Positions 9,992 to 19,036 of a DNA stretch of 64,000 nucleotides are shown here, in pieces (positions within the stretch are counted from its first letter, which is position 1; every line of letters starts with the position of its first letter). Under the pieces are notes generated by a model. It was not told where the DNA came from and did not search any database. It was given only the letters and a program-made list of their open reading frames with translations. The position numbers and the translations under genes were made by a program. This DNA is from Planctomycetota bacterium (GTDB taxonomy: Bacteria > Planctomycetota > PLA2 > JAEUHO01). The stretch lies in the NCBI GenBank assembly GCA_965222115.1, contig CBDCTJ010000005.1, positions 32,001 through 96,000 on the forward strand. The letters run 5' to 3'.

Positions 9992-10384
9992 TTACGATCG
10001 CTTGGTTCCGATGTACCACGTGCCCTGTGCCCGCGCGATGACATCCCCCGCAGCGTTCCTACACGTGCCGTCGAGATAAGCAATGCGACGCCCCCGCTTG
10101 GTTACGCGCCCCTCCGCCGTCAGCACGTCATCCGCACGGGAAGCCTTGAGAAACTGAATCGACAACTGTGTCGTGCTGCAGAATTCGTCGTCGCCAAGCA
10201 GTGAATCCATCGCGTGGCCCATCGCGGTGTCCATGAGCGCCACCGGCACGGAGCCGTGAACAACACCCTGAATGTTTCGGTGCTGATCCCCCATCGGCAG
10301 CCGACATTGGATGTGTCCTGGGGCTATCGACTCTTCTTCGATCCCTAAAAATTCGACCCAACCTGTCACTCGCTCGGTCGCCAC
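9992..10384 (-). CDS. PaaI family thioesterase
   Basis: 'HRNIQGVVHGSVPVALMDTAMG', 'TTQLSIQFL', hot-dog fold pattern. Confidence 0.9.
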   Translation of the reverse strand: MATERVTGWVEFLGIEEESIAPGHIQCRLPMGDQHRNIQGVVHGSVPVALMDTAMGHAMDSLLGDDEFCSTTQLSIQFLKASRADDVLTAEGRVTKRGRRIAYLDGTCRNAAGDVIARAQGTWYIGTKRS

Positions 10385-10493
10385 GTCGCCATCCTCCCAG
10401 TTGGTTCGGCCCTAGACCCTGCAATCGCCGCATCAATTGCGCCCAAACCCGCCAGGGATGCGCCTGAGCGCCTCCCCTGGTATCCTCGATGGC

Positions 10494-11894
10494 ATGAAAA
10501 CCAAGCTTTCCCTTCCCCTCTTCCTTTTCCTCCTAGCCGCCCTGGGGCTCGCATTTGTCTTGCCAACCGGAAATGGCGCCACCGCGGTCGCGTCTGCCGA
10601 CCCCGGAGTAGACGCCGCGCCCCGACCGGATAAGGGCGAAAAGAAAGGCGATGAGGGTGAAGCCGAAGAAGAAGAGGAAGACGGTGACTTCTTCGATGAA
10701 GAAACCAGTTTCTCGATGGAGCAGGTTGAGAAAGCCATCCTCAAAGGTGTCGCGTGGCTCAAGAAGAAGCAACAAGGCGATGGCAGTTGGGGCGAAATCA
10801 AAGGCACGGGCGCCTATGGCGGCGGTAAGAACACTGGACCGGGTTATCCATCCGGCTCAACGGCGCTCGCCCTCTATGCACTGCTCAAGTGCAAAGAGAA
10901 ACTCAATGACCCGGTCATCAAGAAGGGCTTTGCCTACCTTGAAAAGGGTCGCTTTTCTCGTCAGCCAAACTCCTATGAAATCGCCATGACGCTGCTTGCG
11001 GTCACGGCGACCGCCAACCAAAACAAAACGAGACGCGCCAGTCGCAAGGCCGCCAAGAAGGCAAAGCTCAAGGGCAAGTACAAGAAGTGGGCCGACGAGC
11101 TTAAGAAGGAACTTATCAAGCGGCGCCACGAGCGCGTGTGGCGATACAACACGACCGATTCAAAGGCCGGCCCCAGCGGTGAGGAAGATCTTTCATCGAC
11201 GCAGATCGTGTCCCTTGCCCTCTTTGAAGCTCATCAGCTTGGCGTGAAGGTACGCCCAAAGGTCTGGGAAGGCATTCTCTCCTATTCGTTGGAGCAACAA
11301 GAAGACGACGGCCCGGAAGTCAAATACAAGGACCCGGTAGATCCCACACAAGACCGCGTCGCCAAAGCACGCGGATTTAGCTACATCAAAGGCGATTCGG
11401 AGCACAAACACGCCGGGGCGTCCGGTGCCATGACCGCGTGTGGTATTGCCAACATCGAAATGGCTCGCTTCATTCTCTCCAAGGGCGGCTCAAAGGCCGG
11501 CAAGGCATCGTGGAATAAGCGCCCAGAGGCAGCAAAGGTGCAGACGGCGCTTTACGATGGCATTGCATGGATCGAAAAGAACTGGAGCAGTTTCGCCAAC
11601 CCTCCCGGCAAGCCGTGGGACTACCACCTGTACTGGATGTACTCCATTGAGCGCGCCATGGACTTGCTCTCGCTTCGCAGAGTAGGAAGCCATAGTTGGT
11701 ACAACGAAATGGGTCAAGAGCTTATCAACCGCCAGCAAAAGGAAGGGCAATGGAACACGCAATCTACGCACACACCGCACGATGTGCTCGATACGTGCTT
11801 CGCACTGTTGTTCCTCAAGCGTTCGACCAAGAACACGATCCCCTTTGGTTCGATTACTGGTGGAAGCGACGAACCGCCGATCGACAACCGCTAG
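10494..11894 (+). CDS. Exported prenyltransferase/squalene-oxidase-repeat (alpha-alpha toroid) protein
   Basis: Signal peptide; QW-like motifs 'WLKKKQQGDGSW' and 'RQQKEGQW'; 'TALALYALL', 'DTCFALLFL'. Confidence 0.8.
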   Translation: MKTKLSLPLFLFLLAALGLAFVLPTGNGATAVASADPGVDAAPRPDKGEKKGDEGEAEEEEEDGDFFDEETSFSMEQVEKAILKGVAWLKKKQQGDGSWGEIKGTGAYGGGKNTGPGYPSGSTALALYALLKCKEKLNDPVIKKGFAYLEKGRFSRQPNSYEIAMTLLAVTATANQNKTRRASRKAAKKAKLKGKYKKWADELKKELIKRRHERVWRYNTTDSKAGPSGEEDLSSTQIVSLALFEAHQLGVKVRPKVWEGILSYSLEQQEDDGPEVKYKDPVDPTQDRVAKARGFSYIKGDSEHKHAGASGAMTACGIANIEMARFILSKGGSKAGKASWNKRPEAAKVQTALYDGIAWIEKNWSSFANPPGKPWDYHLYWMYSIERAMDLLSLRRVGSHSWYNEMGQELINRQQKEGQWNTQSTHTPHDVLDTCFALLFLKRSTKNTIPFGSITGGSDEPPIDNR

Positions 11895-11910
11895 ACCTTC
11901 GATTGGCTGT

Positions 11911-11972
11911 CCGGCGCATGGTTTACACCCGGCGCATAGCTCACACCAGACGCATAGTACACACCCGGCATG
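11911..11972. repeat. 18-bp imperfect tandem repeat, about 3.4 copies
   Basis: ccggcgcatggtttacac / ccggcgcatagctcacac / cagacgcatagtacacac / ccggcatg. Confidence 0.8.
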
Positions 11973-12067
11973 AGGTCGGTTGTGTCTCCCGCATGTCGTG
12001 ATGCGCCAACGATTGTCTAGTGGGTGACCTCGCGCGCGGCGCTATCGAGCAGCGCCACTCTACTGAT

Positions 12068-15022
12068 CTACTGAGTGGCTAGACTGCGAAGGGCCTTGCG
12101 CGCAGATTCCAAGCGCGTCTTTTGTTCGTCGTCAAGCGTAAGAGCATCGAGTTCGGCAAGCGGGCCTTCCATGGCGTTTTTCGCTAACTCGCGCTTCTTT
12201 GTTTCGCTCGCGATTGCACATGCCTGGAGCAGTGCCTCGGCATGTTCCTTAGGACGCTTGACGACGAGCTTGGCATGGGCTAGGTAAGCGTCGTACGCGC
12301 CGCGCAAATGCGCCAACACTTGATCAGGATCCTCGGCTTGGCCCGCGAGGAAGCGGAAGTGTCCTTGCGCTTCGCGAATAAAGACAATTCGTTCGTCTTC
12401 GTTGAGTGTCGCGTCGTTCGCCCGCGACATGAGGAACTCTGCTTTGGCACGACGCAACAAGGGATGGCGCTCCACACCCGACGCAATCGAACCCATCAGC
12501 CGCAGTGCCTCCGCCACGTTTTTCGCACGCGGTTCTGTGGACGCGATCTGACGCAGCACACGTGTGGCCATGGTGATACCTGCGGCCTTTTTACTGAGAC
12601 ACGCATGGAGACCCGACATCAACGTCCGATCCCATGCGGCCTTTTTTTCACTCGATGCATCACCGGACTGATCGGCCCAGCGCGCTTGAATGGCGGGGAG
12701 TGAATCAATCGAGACATACGCAACCGTAGCCTTAGCGGCCGCCAGCGCCAGCGCGTCGCTGTCCTCATCCTTACCGATGAGTTGGCTGAGCACCTTGACT
12801 AGGGCCTTGCCCGCCGTCTCATCAACGGCTGCTACTGCTTGAGGACGTGACACCTCAGCAATCGCGGAAAGACGTAGTGCTTCAGGCAGCGTCTTGTCGG
12901 TCGCAATGTCTTCGAGACGCAACAATGCCGGCGCACCCTGATCGCTTTGGTTGGCCGAACGAACATGACGTCCAAGCGCGCGTATCGCCTCGTTGGCCGC
13001 ATCCTCTTCACTCGTTGCACGTGCAACAGTCGCCAGTAGATCCGCCGTTGCTTTCGTCGGGAACGCGCGAAGGCTCTTGACCGCAGCGAGGCGAACACGC
13101 GGATCGGACTCCACCCAGTCTCCGAGACCGGCGTCGCCCTCACCGGAGACGAGGTGACGCAGCATCGCTTCCGCAGCAGGGCCTTGAGGCGGTGTGACGG
13201 CGGACCCCGCAAACGACTCAAGCCCCTCAGCAATCGCCACGCGAACCGACGCGTCCTCGGGTTTCTCGGCACGTTTGAGATGCGGACGCAGCACATGCAC
13301 CGATGCGTTTCTAACGATCGCCGCGGCCTTGAGTGCATCGCCGTAGTACGTCATTCGTCCGTTGCGTGTCTCGGCGGTACCCGCACGCCACGATTTCTCA
13401 GCAGCCGCCAATACGCGTTTCATGTGCTCTATGCTGCCGTACACACCCAATAACTCCGCCATGCGCGACCGGTCACGCATGGGATCACCCGTAAACGAGT
13501 TACCGGAGGACGAACCGTTGGGCGTGGCGTCGGCCGAAGCAGTGCCTTGAACCGGTGGTTCAATGAGCCTAGCGACGAGAGCATCGGCGATCTGCGCCGC
13601 CATGTCATTACCCGCACCGCGAAAGCCCTCCGACGCGAGTGCGTCAACGGCGCCTCGTACCACTTGACTGTCGCGGCTCGTTTTCAACACATTGGTAACT
13701 ACCTGAACCGCGACACGGTCTACCGGTACCGATGGAACGGCACCCGTCGAGGCGCCATAGAGCGCACCCAGTCGAGCGATCGCCGCCCGTTGCAATGCGG
13801 GCTCGGGTGTCTTCTCGGGATCAAGAAAGCGCTCAAGCTTCGTGGCAGAGTCAAGTGTGGCGATCAGTTGCTTGCCGTACGACTCAATGCGACCACGCGC
13901 ACGATCCGGGCCTTCGCGCTCCAGCGCAGCGACGGCAATTCGAATGTCGCGATCCAGCTTTAGCCGATCCATCGCTGATGCATCGGCGAGTTGAGCCCAG
14001 TGTGATGCATAGGGTTCAAGGAACGCCTTGGCCTCTACGAGCGTGTCAAATCGATAGGGCAACAACAGCGTCAACGCACCCAAGATTGCCCGGGTATGCG
14101 ACGTGGACTTTGCGATGGCCGGGTCGTCGTGAGTCAAACGACTCGCTACCGCAGCGATCACGTCGATGCTTCGAAGTCCCAACCGCTCTTCGGCGGCAAC
14201 GGAAAGCGCTGCACTTGCATTCGACAATCCCATCTCTGTCGTATCCGAGTCGGCCGCAGTACGAATGGCGTGGTTGAGAAGTCGATCCCATCCACGTTGC
14301 CGTCCCGAAAGCGGGTCGCGAGACAGAAGTCGCCTGACCTCTCGCAGTAGAACGTTTTCACCATTTGCTGAGCGGGCCCGTGCCACGCAGCCAAGCACGG
14401 CGCCCATGAGAAGTGGCGGTGGCTTGGAATCGGACGCCGCCAATGGATCTGCGGACTCACCCTTTGAGGGATACGCATCCGCAGGCACATCCTGCAGCAT
14501 GTGACGAATTACGTGTGCTCGCAACGCGATCCGACGCTCTGGCGTCATCGAGGCCAACAACGAATCCTCTTGCGTCACGCCCTCCTTGAGCAAAGGGCCC
14601 ACGACGAATCGATAGCTCTTTGCCAGATCACCACTCTCAATGTCCTTTTGTGCCAACACGTCGAGCACGCCACTCCACGAGGACTGATCTTTGCCCTGAA
14701 TCAGCTCATTCCGTAGCTTCACCAACTCTTCGTTGGACGTGGCAGATTCGGAGGCCTCAATGTCAGAGAGAGCGTCGTCGTCTTTTGAAGTTTCGCCATC
14801 TCTCGACGAGTCGTCTGCCGGTGGTGGCGGATCGTCCTTTGGCGTTGGCTCATCACTCTTCGGTGTTTCGGGGGACGGTGGCGTGGGAGCTGGGTTCTCC
14901 GGAACCGGAATCGGAGACTTGGGATCGTCATCAGCCCTTGCTGTGTTCGCTGATAGCAGGAACACACACGACAGAAAACCAACGAGCAGTGCGGTTGCGG
15001 TTGTTCGCCGTGCGAAGCCCAT
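12068..15022 (-). CDS. Large exported HEAT/ARM-repeat protein
   Basis: Signal 'ALLVGFLSCVFLLSANTARA', Pro/Asp linker, HEAT motifs 'DPRVRLAAVKSL' and 'SVRVAIAEGL'; ATG 15022 preferred to ORF start 15256. Confidence 0.7.
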   Translation of the reverse strand: MGFARRTTATALLVGFLSCVFLLSANTARADDDPKSPIPVPENPAPTPPSPETPKSDEPTPKDDPPPPADDSSRDGETSKDDDALSDIEASESATSNEELVKLRNELIQGKDQSSWSGVLDVLAQKDIESGDLAKSYRFVVGPLLKEGVTQEDSLLASMTPERRIALRAHVIRHMLQDVPADAYPSKGESADPLAASDSKPPPLLMGAVLGCVARARSANGENVLLREVRRLLSRDPLSGRQRGWDRLLNHAIRTAADSDTTEMGLSNASAALSVAAEERLGLRSIDVIAAVASRLTHDDPAIAKSTSHTRAILGALTLLLPYRFDTLVEAKAFLEPYASHWAQLADASAMDRLKLDRDIRIAVAALEREGPDRARGRIESYGKQLIATLDSATKLERFLDPEKTPEPALQRAAIARLGALYGASTGAVPSVPVDRVAVQVVTNVLKTSRDSQVVRGAVDALASEGFRGAGNDMAAQIADALVARLIEPPVQGTASADATPNGSSSGNSFTGDPMRDRSRMAELLGVYGSIEHMKRVLAAAEKSWRAGTAETRNGRMTYYGDALKAAAIVRNASVHVLRPHLKRAEKPEDASVRVAIAEGLESFAGSAVTPPQGPAAEAMLRHLVSGEGDAGLGDWVESDPRVRLAAVKSLRAFPTKATADLLATVARATSEEDAANEAIRALGRHVRSANQSDQGAPALLRLEDIATDKTLPEALRLSAIAEVSRPQAVAAVDETAGKALVKVLSQLIGKDEDSDALALAAAKATVAYVSIDSLPAIQARWADQSGDASSEKKAAWDRTLMSGLHACLSKKAAGITMATRVLRQIASTEPRAKNVAEALRLMGSIASGVERHPLLRRAKAEFLMSRANDATLNEDERIVFIREAQGHFRFLAGQAEDPDQVLAHLRGAYDAYLAHAKLVVKRPKEHAEALLQACAIASETKKRELAKNAMEGPLAELDALTLDDEQKTRLESARKALRSLATQ

Positions 15023-15114
15023 CCATCGTGAGCTTCGCGCCACGGGATTCCGCCACGAGATTCGCCACCGGCAAACAGACGCGGCGCACGCTCTTGGCGT
15101 CGGATGCGAGCCCA

Positions 15115-15150
15115 GCTCGTGGTGAACTGGCTCGTGGTGAACTGGCTCGA
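15115..15150. repeat. 15-bp direct tandem repeat
   Basis: gctcgtggtgaactg x2 followed by gctcga. Confidence 0.8.
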
Positions 15151-15528
15151 AAGATGCAGTCACGAAAAGTCGTGCTCCTACCGACGATTCCGGAGAACGC
15201 GCGCGGCAACAAGTCCTGAAAAGAGAAAGCGCCTGATATGGCGTCTTTGCAGGCACGGGTCGTTAGGTGACTTCCATGGCGGGAAGTCATCACACACACG
15301 GCCCCGCAAAGAACCACGGCCCCTACTCCTACGTTCGGCAGCGGCGGTGTGTGAACGCACCCATTTCTCGGTGCGATGACGAATCCGCCGCCATGCAAAC
15401 GTCCGCATAACTCATTGAAACACAATCCGAGGCCGCGTCAGTTGCGCTTCACACGCATGCCGGATAAAGACACGCTGGATTTCATCATTTGGCGACGTAC
15501 GCCAGACCAACGATGCAGCTTCAACCAT

Positions 15529-15557
15529 AGTGTAAAAAGGCCTAATTTGCTCGTCAA
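15529..15557 (-). promoter_or_regulatory. sigma70-type promoter
   Basis: Minus strand TTGACG-N17-TACACT in an AT-richer intergenic stretch. Confidence 0.55.
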
Positions 15558-15599
15558 GGGCCCAAAATGCGACAAATGCGAAGAGTAGGTAAAGCCGCA

Positions 15600-17606
15600 C
15601 TACGATATGGCGCCGGATAGCGATGGCAACCACGCTTCCAGTACGGCATCCACAACCGGACCTACATCAAGCGACGCATCAATGGAAACATCACTCCATT
15701 CGTTCCACGCGGCCAAGCGCCGCTCGCGGAGCACGCTCGCTTCGTCCAATGCGTCCTTCGTGTCATAGAGGCGTGGACGAGACCGTCGGTCGTTATCAAT
15801 GCGCTCTGCCGTGACATGCGGCGCCGCATCGAGTAGCACGACAAAAGCGCTCTCAATCTCGTGCTTGTTCGGCAAATGTTCGACAACCCCCGACCCACAA
15901 GCAATCACCACACCGCGACGTCGTACCGCGGAGGACAACGCCGCCGCTTCAATGGCGCGAAACGCGGACTCGCCGTTGCTTTCAATCCACGCCGCTGGCG
16001 ATCGCCCCGATATGCGCGAGACCGAATCGTCGAGATCGACGAAGGGACGGCCCGTAAGACGAGCCACGGCAGCACCCACCGTGGACTTGCCGACGCCGCG
16101 CGGCCCCAACAGAACGAGATTCCGCGGAGGGGTCATGCCGAACGACAGCAGCACAGGAATCCACGGTGCCACGTTCTGATCGATGGAAGGCGCTACGATC
16201 GACAAGAATGCGAGTGCCTGGTGTCGCGCCTGCGCCAGCAAAAGGGTGCGCCCGTCGATGACTGTGTCGGCCTGTCCACGCTCGGCCGCCTGCACCAAAT
16301 CGGTAGTCTGGTTGGGTGCAGCGTAGGGCGCGTCCAAAACGAGTCGGTTGCGCAACCGCTCCGGATCGATCGTCAACGCGCCCGTTCCCCCATGGCCCGC
16401 GGGCGTGGCATTTAGCAGAATCGACTCATCGTCGGCTGGCGCCAATTCGCCGCCGGACCATGCACACCCCGTAGCCGCGGCCAGCGCCTTCCCATCGTCC
16501 TCATTTCGCGCCGCGAGGCGTGTCTCAAAGCCAAGCGACTTGAGGGCAAGGATGGCCGCCCTGGCATAACCGCCGCTGCCGTACACGCGCGCGGCACCGT
16601 CGACGGGCCGATACGCATCCACCATTTCTCGTATGCCGGCAACGTCGGTATTGAGTCCTCGCCAATAGTCGCCATCAATTCGCACGAGCGTGTTCACGGC
16701 TTCGGCGCGCTTTGCATCGCGACCCAAATCGTCGGCCAAGTCAAACGCGTCGCGCTTATACGGTTTCGTGACGCTAAGCCCTTGCACAGGCAGCGTGATC
16801 GCGTCGCGTAGGGTCATCTTCTGAAATGGCACGTAGAGCGCGTTGGCATCAGCGTATCGAAACACCGAATTGTGCATAGCGGGCGACGGCGACCACGCGG
16901 GCGGCTCCCCCACCAATCCAAACAGCGCGGCGTTTGAATCCACTTCGCCAGCGCGAAGTTCGTTGACGAGTTTCGACAGCACGGGCTGACCGGGCACGGC
17001 GCGGCTTTGTTCATCGTGAGCGCCGAACAGCAATCCAGCGCAGTGATCGCCAACGAATGCGGTTCGCGTATGAGCCAATGCACCGAGAGGCACGGTGAAC
17101 CCCGATTGCGATGCTTGCCGTGCCACGATGGCATCCCACGAGTCACGGGTGTCCACCGGCATTGCGCACTTCGACCATCGATCACTCGGCGTTACGTCGC
17201 CCTCATTCACCCGGCGCATCGACACATCGTGCATCGACGGAAGGCAACACGTTTCGTCTACGCCCTGTTGCGAAAGGACCCGACCAACATCCGCTTCGGC
17301 ATCAATCCACGCCGCACCGGCGTGCAACCAGGCACGAAGCTGTGTGGCTGCTTCTTCGACGGTGCCCTCATAGGCACCGCCTTCCTGCTTACTTCGAAGC
17401 GTGGCCAACACGGGACGCGGACTCGCTTCAATCCAAGCGCCTGGCTCATGCACGCCGTCAATCAGATCGATGCGAATCTCAATGAGATCCGCAGGTGTGT
17501 CGATCGCGCGCAGTTCATTGGGCGTCGCAACTGCAGGAGGACACACAGTAGCCACGGCGAGCCACGTGCCATCGCTAAGCGGAAGATTCGGTAGATAGCC
17601 GCTCAT
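15600..17606 (-). CDS. aroE: Trifunctional type I 3-dehydroquinate dehydratase / shikimate dehydrogenase / shikimate kinase (AroD-AroE-AroK fusion)
   Basis: AroD 'ADLIEIRID...TLRSKQEGG'; AroE 'SPSPAMHN', 'SVTKPYK', 'AVNT', 'NTD', 'GSGG'; AroK 'GPRGVGKST', 'DLD', 'RPRL'. Confidence 0.85.
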   Translation of the reverse strand: MSGYLPNLPLSDGTWLAVATVCPPAVATPNELRAIDTPADLIEIRIDLIDGVHEPGAWIEASPRPVLATLRSKQEGGAYEGTVEEAATQLRAWLHAGAAWIDAEADVGRVLSQQGVDETCCLPSMHDVSMRRVNEGDVTPSDRWSKCAMPVDTRDSWDAIVARQASQSGFTVPLGALAHTRTAFVGDHCAGLLFGAHDEQSRAVPGQPVLSKLVNELRAGEVDSNAALFGLVGEPPAWSPSPAMHNSVFRYADANALYVPFQKMTLRDAITLPVQGLSVTKPYKRDAFDLADDLGRDAKRAEAVNTLVRIDGDYWRGLNTDVAGIREMVDAYRPVDGAARVYGSGGYARAAILALKSLGFETRLAARNEDDGKALAAATGCAWSGGELAPADDESILLNATPAGHGGTGALTIDPERLRNRLVLDAPYAAPNQTTDLVQAAERGQADTVIDGRTLLLAQARHQALAFLSIVAPSIDQNVAPWIPVLLSFGMTPPRNLVLLGPRGVGKSTVGAAVARLTGRPFVDLDDSVSRISGRSPAAWIESNGESAFRAIEAAALSSAVRRRGVVIACGSGVVEHLPNKHEIESAFVVLLDAAPHVTAERIDNDRRSRPRLYDTKDALDEASVLRERRLAAWNEWSDVSIDASLDVGPVVDAVLEAWLPSLSGAIS

Positions 17607-18592
17607 GACGAAAGGGGGACCACAACCGGTCGAATGGGGACATCTTTGATGGCGGCCAAGAGTGCATCCACGTCTTCTGCGCGAACCACGTCAAAGAGCG
17701 TGCCGCCGGAACCCGTCAATGCGGGGGGTCTACCAATGCGTCGTTCTATTGCTGAAGCCAAGGTGCCCAGTTTCCGGTATCGCTTCATCACCGTATAGGC
17801 GAGTGCATTGAAATGCGCGGCGCGAACGTCTTCGGCATTCCCTGCGGTTAGCGCGTCGCGCGCAGCGTACACGCCTCCGCTCGGTGCGCGTCGTGGTCCG
17901 GGTTGATAGTCGGAAAAGACCTCTGCCGTCGAGCATGCAACACCCGTTAGCAACAACACAACCACAAGATCCTTACCAACGCACGGACGCTTCACAATGC
18001 GGTCACCGCGATCGAGCGCAATCGCAGCAAAGGGCGCGCCCTGTTCGAAACCGCTTAGAAAGAACGAAACATCGGCTCCCAGACTGCGCGCCATGGCCAA
18101 CACCGCGTCATCGTCAAGGGCACAGTTCAGATAGGGTGCAAGGAGTCCGATGGTCGTGGCTGCGTCGGATGAGCCCCCGCCCAACCCAGCGCCAACTGGG
18201 ATGCGCTTCGTAAGTGTCAATACATGGTTGAAACCGGGCATTGAATCAGGTTTCAGCTTCCAAATAACGCTCATGGCCTTGGAGACAAGATTAGTCTCGT
18301 CGAGGGGGACACCGATCGACGTGCTATCGCCCTCGTATTGGACGGCAAGGGATCCGATGTGCACCTCGACGCTCGGTGATGACTCTCTGTCACGCTTTGT
18401 CTCTTCGTCCATCGGGAGCGACGGAAACTCAAGCGTCACATCATCGCCCCACGGAAGCGAAAGAAAGAGCGTTTCGAGCTCGTGAAACCCGTCGCTGCGT
18501 TTGCCCAATACATCGAGATAGAGATTGACCTTCGCTGGTGCAAGTCGCGTAGCCGGTGACGGCCCGGAGGATGTACGTACGGGGCTGTTCAC
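17603..18592 (-). CDS. ispE: 4-diphosphocytidyl-2-C-methyl-D-erythritol kinase
   Basis: 'APAKVNLYLDVLGKRSDGFHELETLF', 'KRIPVGAGLGGGSSDAA', 'LGADV'; GTG start overlaps panD stop (GTGA). Confidence 0.95.
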   Translation of the reverse strand: MNSPVRTSSGPSPATRLAPAKVNLYLDVLGKRSDGFHELETLFLSLPWGDDVTLEFPSLPMDEETKRDRESSPSVEVHIGSLAVQYEGDSTSIGVPLDETNLVSKAMSVIWKLKPDSMPGFNHVLTLTKRIPVGAGLGGGSSDAATTIGLLAPYLNCALDDDAVLAMARSLGADVSFFLSGFEQGAPFAAIALDRGDRIVKRPCVGKDLVVVLLLTGVACSTAEVFSDYQPGPRRAPSGGVYAARDALTAGNAEDVRAAHFNALAYTVMKRYRKLGTLASAIERRIGRPPALTGSGGTLFDVVRAEDVDALLAAIKDVPIRPVVVPLSS

Positions 18593-18957
18593 GATGGCGA
18601 ATGCGGCGCCTCGATGGACTTGTTCTTGTCGTCTACGAATACGACACGCGGTTTGTGCTTCTTGGCCTCGGTATCGGACATTACGGCGAACGCCATAATG
18701 ATCACGCGATCCCCAATCTGGCAGTGGCGCGCGCACCCGCCATTCATGCCAATCACGCCGGTCCCCGCCTTGCCCTCCAGCGCATAGGTTTCAATGCGCG
18801 AACCATTCTCCAGATTGATGATCAGGACTTTCTCGTTTGGCCAGAGATCGCAAAGTTCCAAGAGGTCGGCGTCAATGGTGACGCTGCCGATGTAGTTCAA
18901 ATCGCATTCCGTGACCCGGGCACGGTGGATCTTGGACTTCATCATGAGGCGCTGCAT
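18589..18957 (-). CDS. panD: Aspartate 1-decarboxylase
   Basis: 'MQRLMMKSKIHRARVT...YIGSVTID', 'NGSRIETY'. Confidence 0.97.
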   Translation of the reverse strand: MQRLMMKSKIHRARVTECDLNYIGSVTIDADLLELCDLWPNEKVLIINLENGSRIETYALEGKAGTGVIGMNGGCARHCQIGDRVIIMAFAVMSDTEAKKHKPRVVFVDDKNKSIEAPHSPS

Positions 18958-19036
18958 CGGGGGAATCGTACGGGCGCGCGAGCGAGGCGGCCACGAAAGC
19001 CGTCCACGGACCGCGTTCAATTCGTTTCGCGGCGAC

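Noticed and set aside
11911-11972. Possible CRISPR array
   Set aside because: Contiguous 18-bp units without spacers and no cas genes
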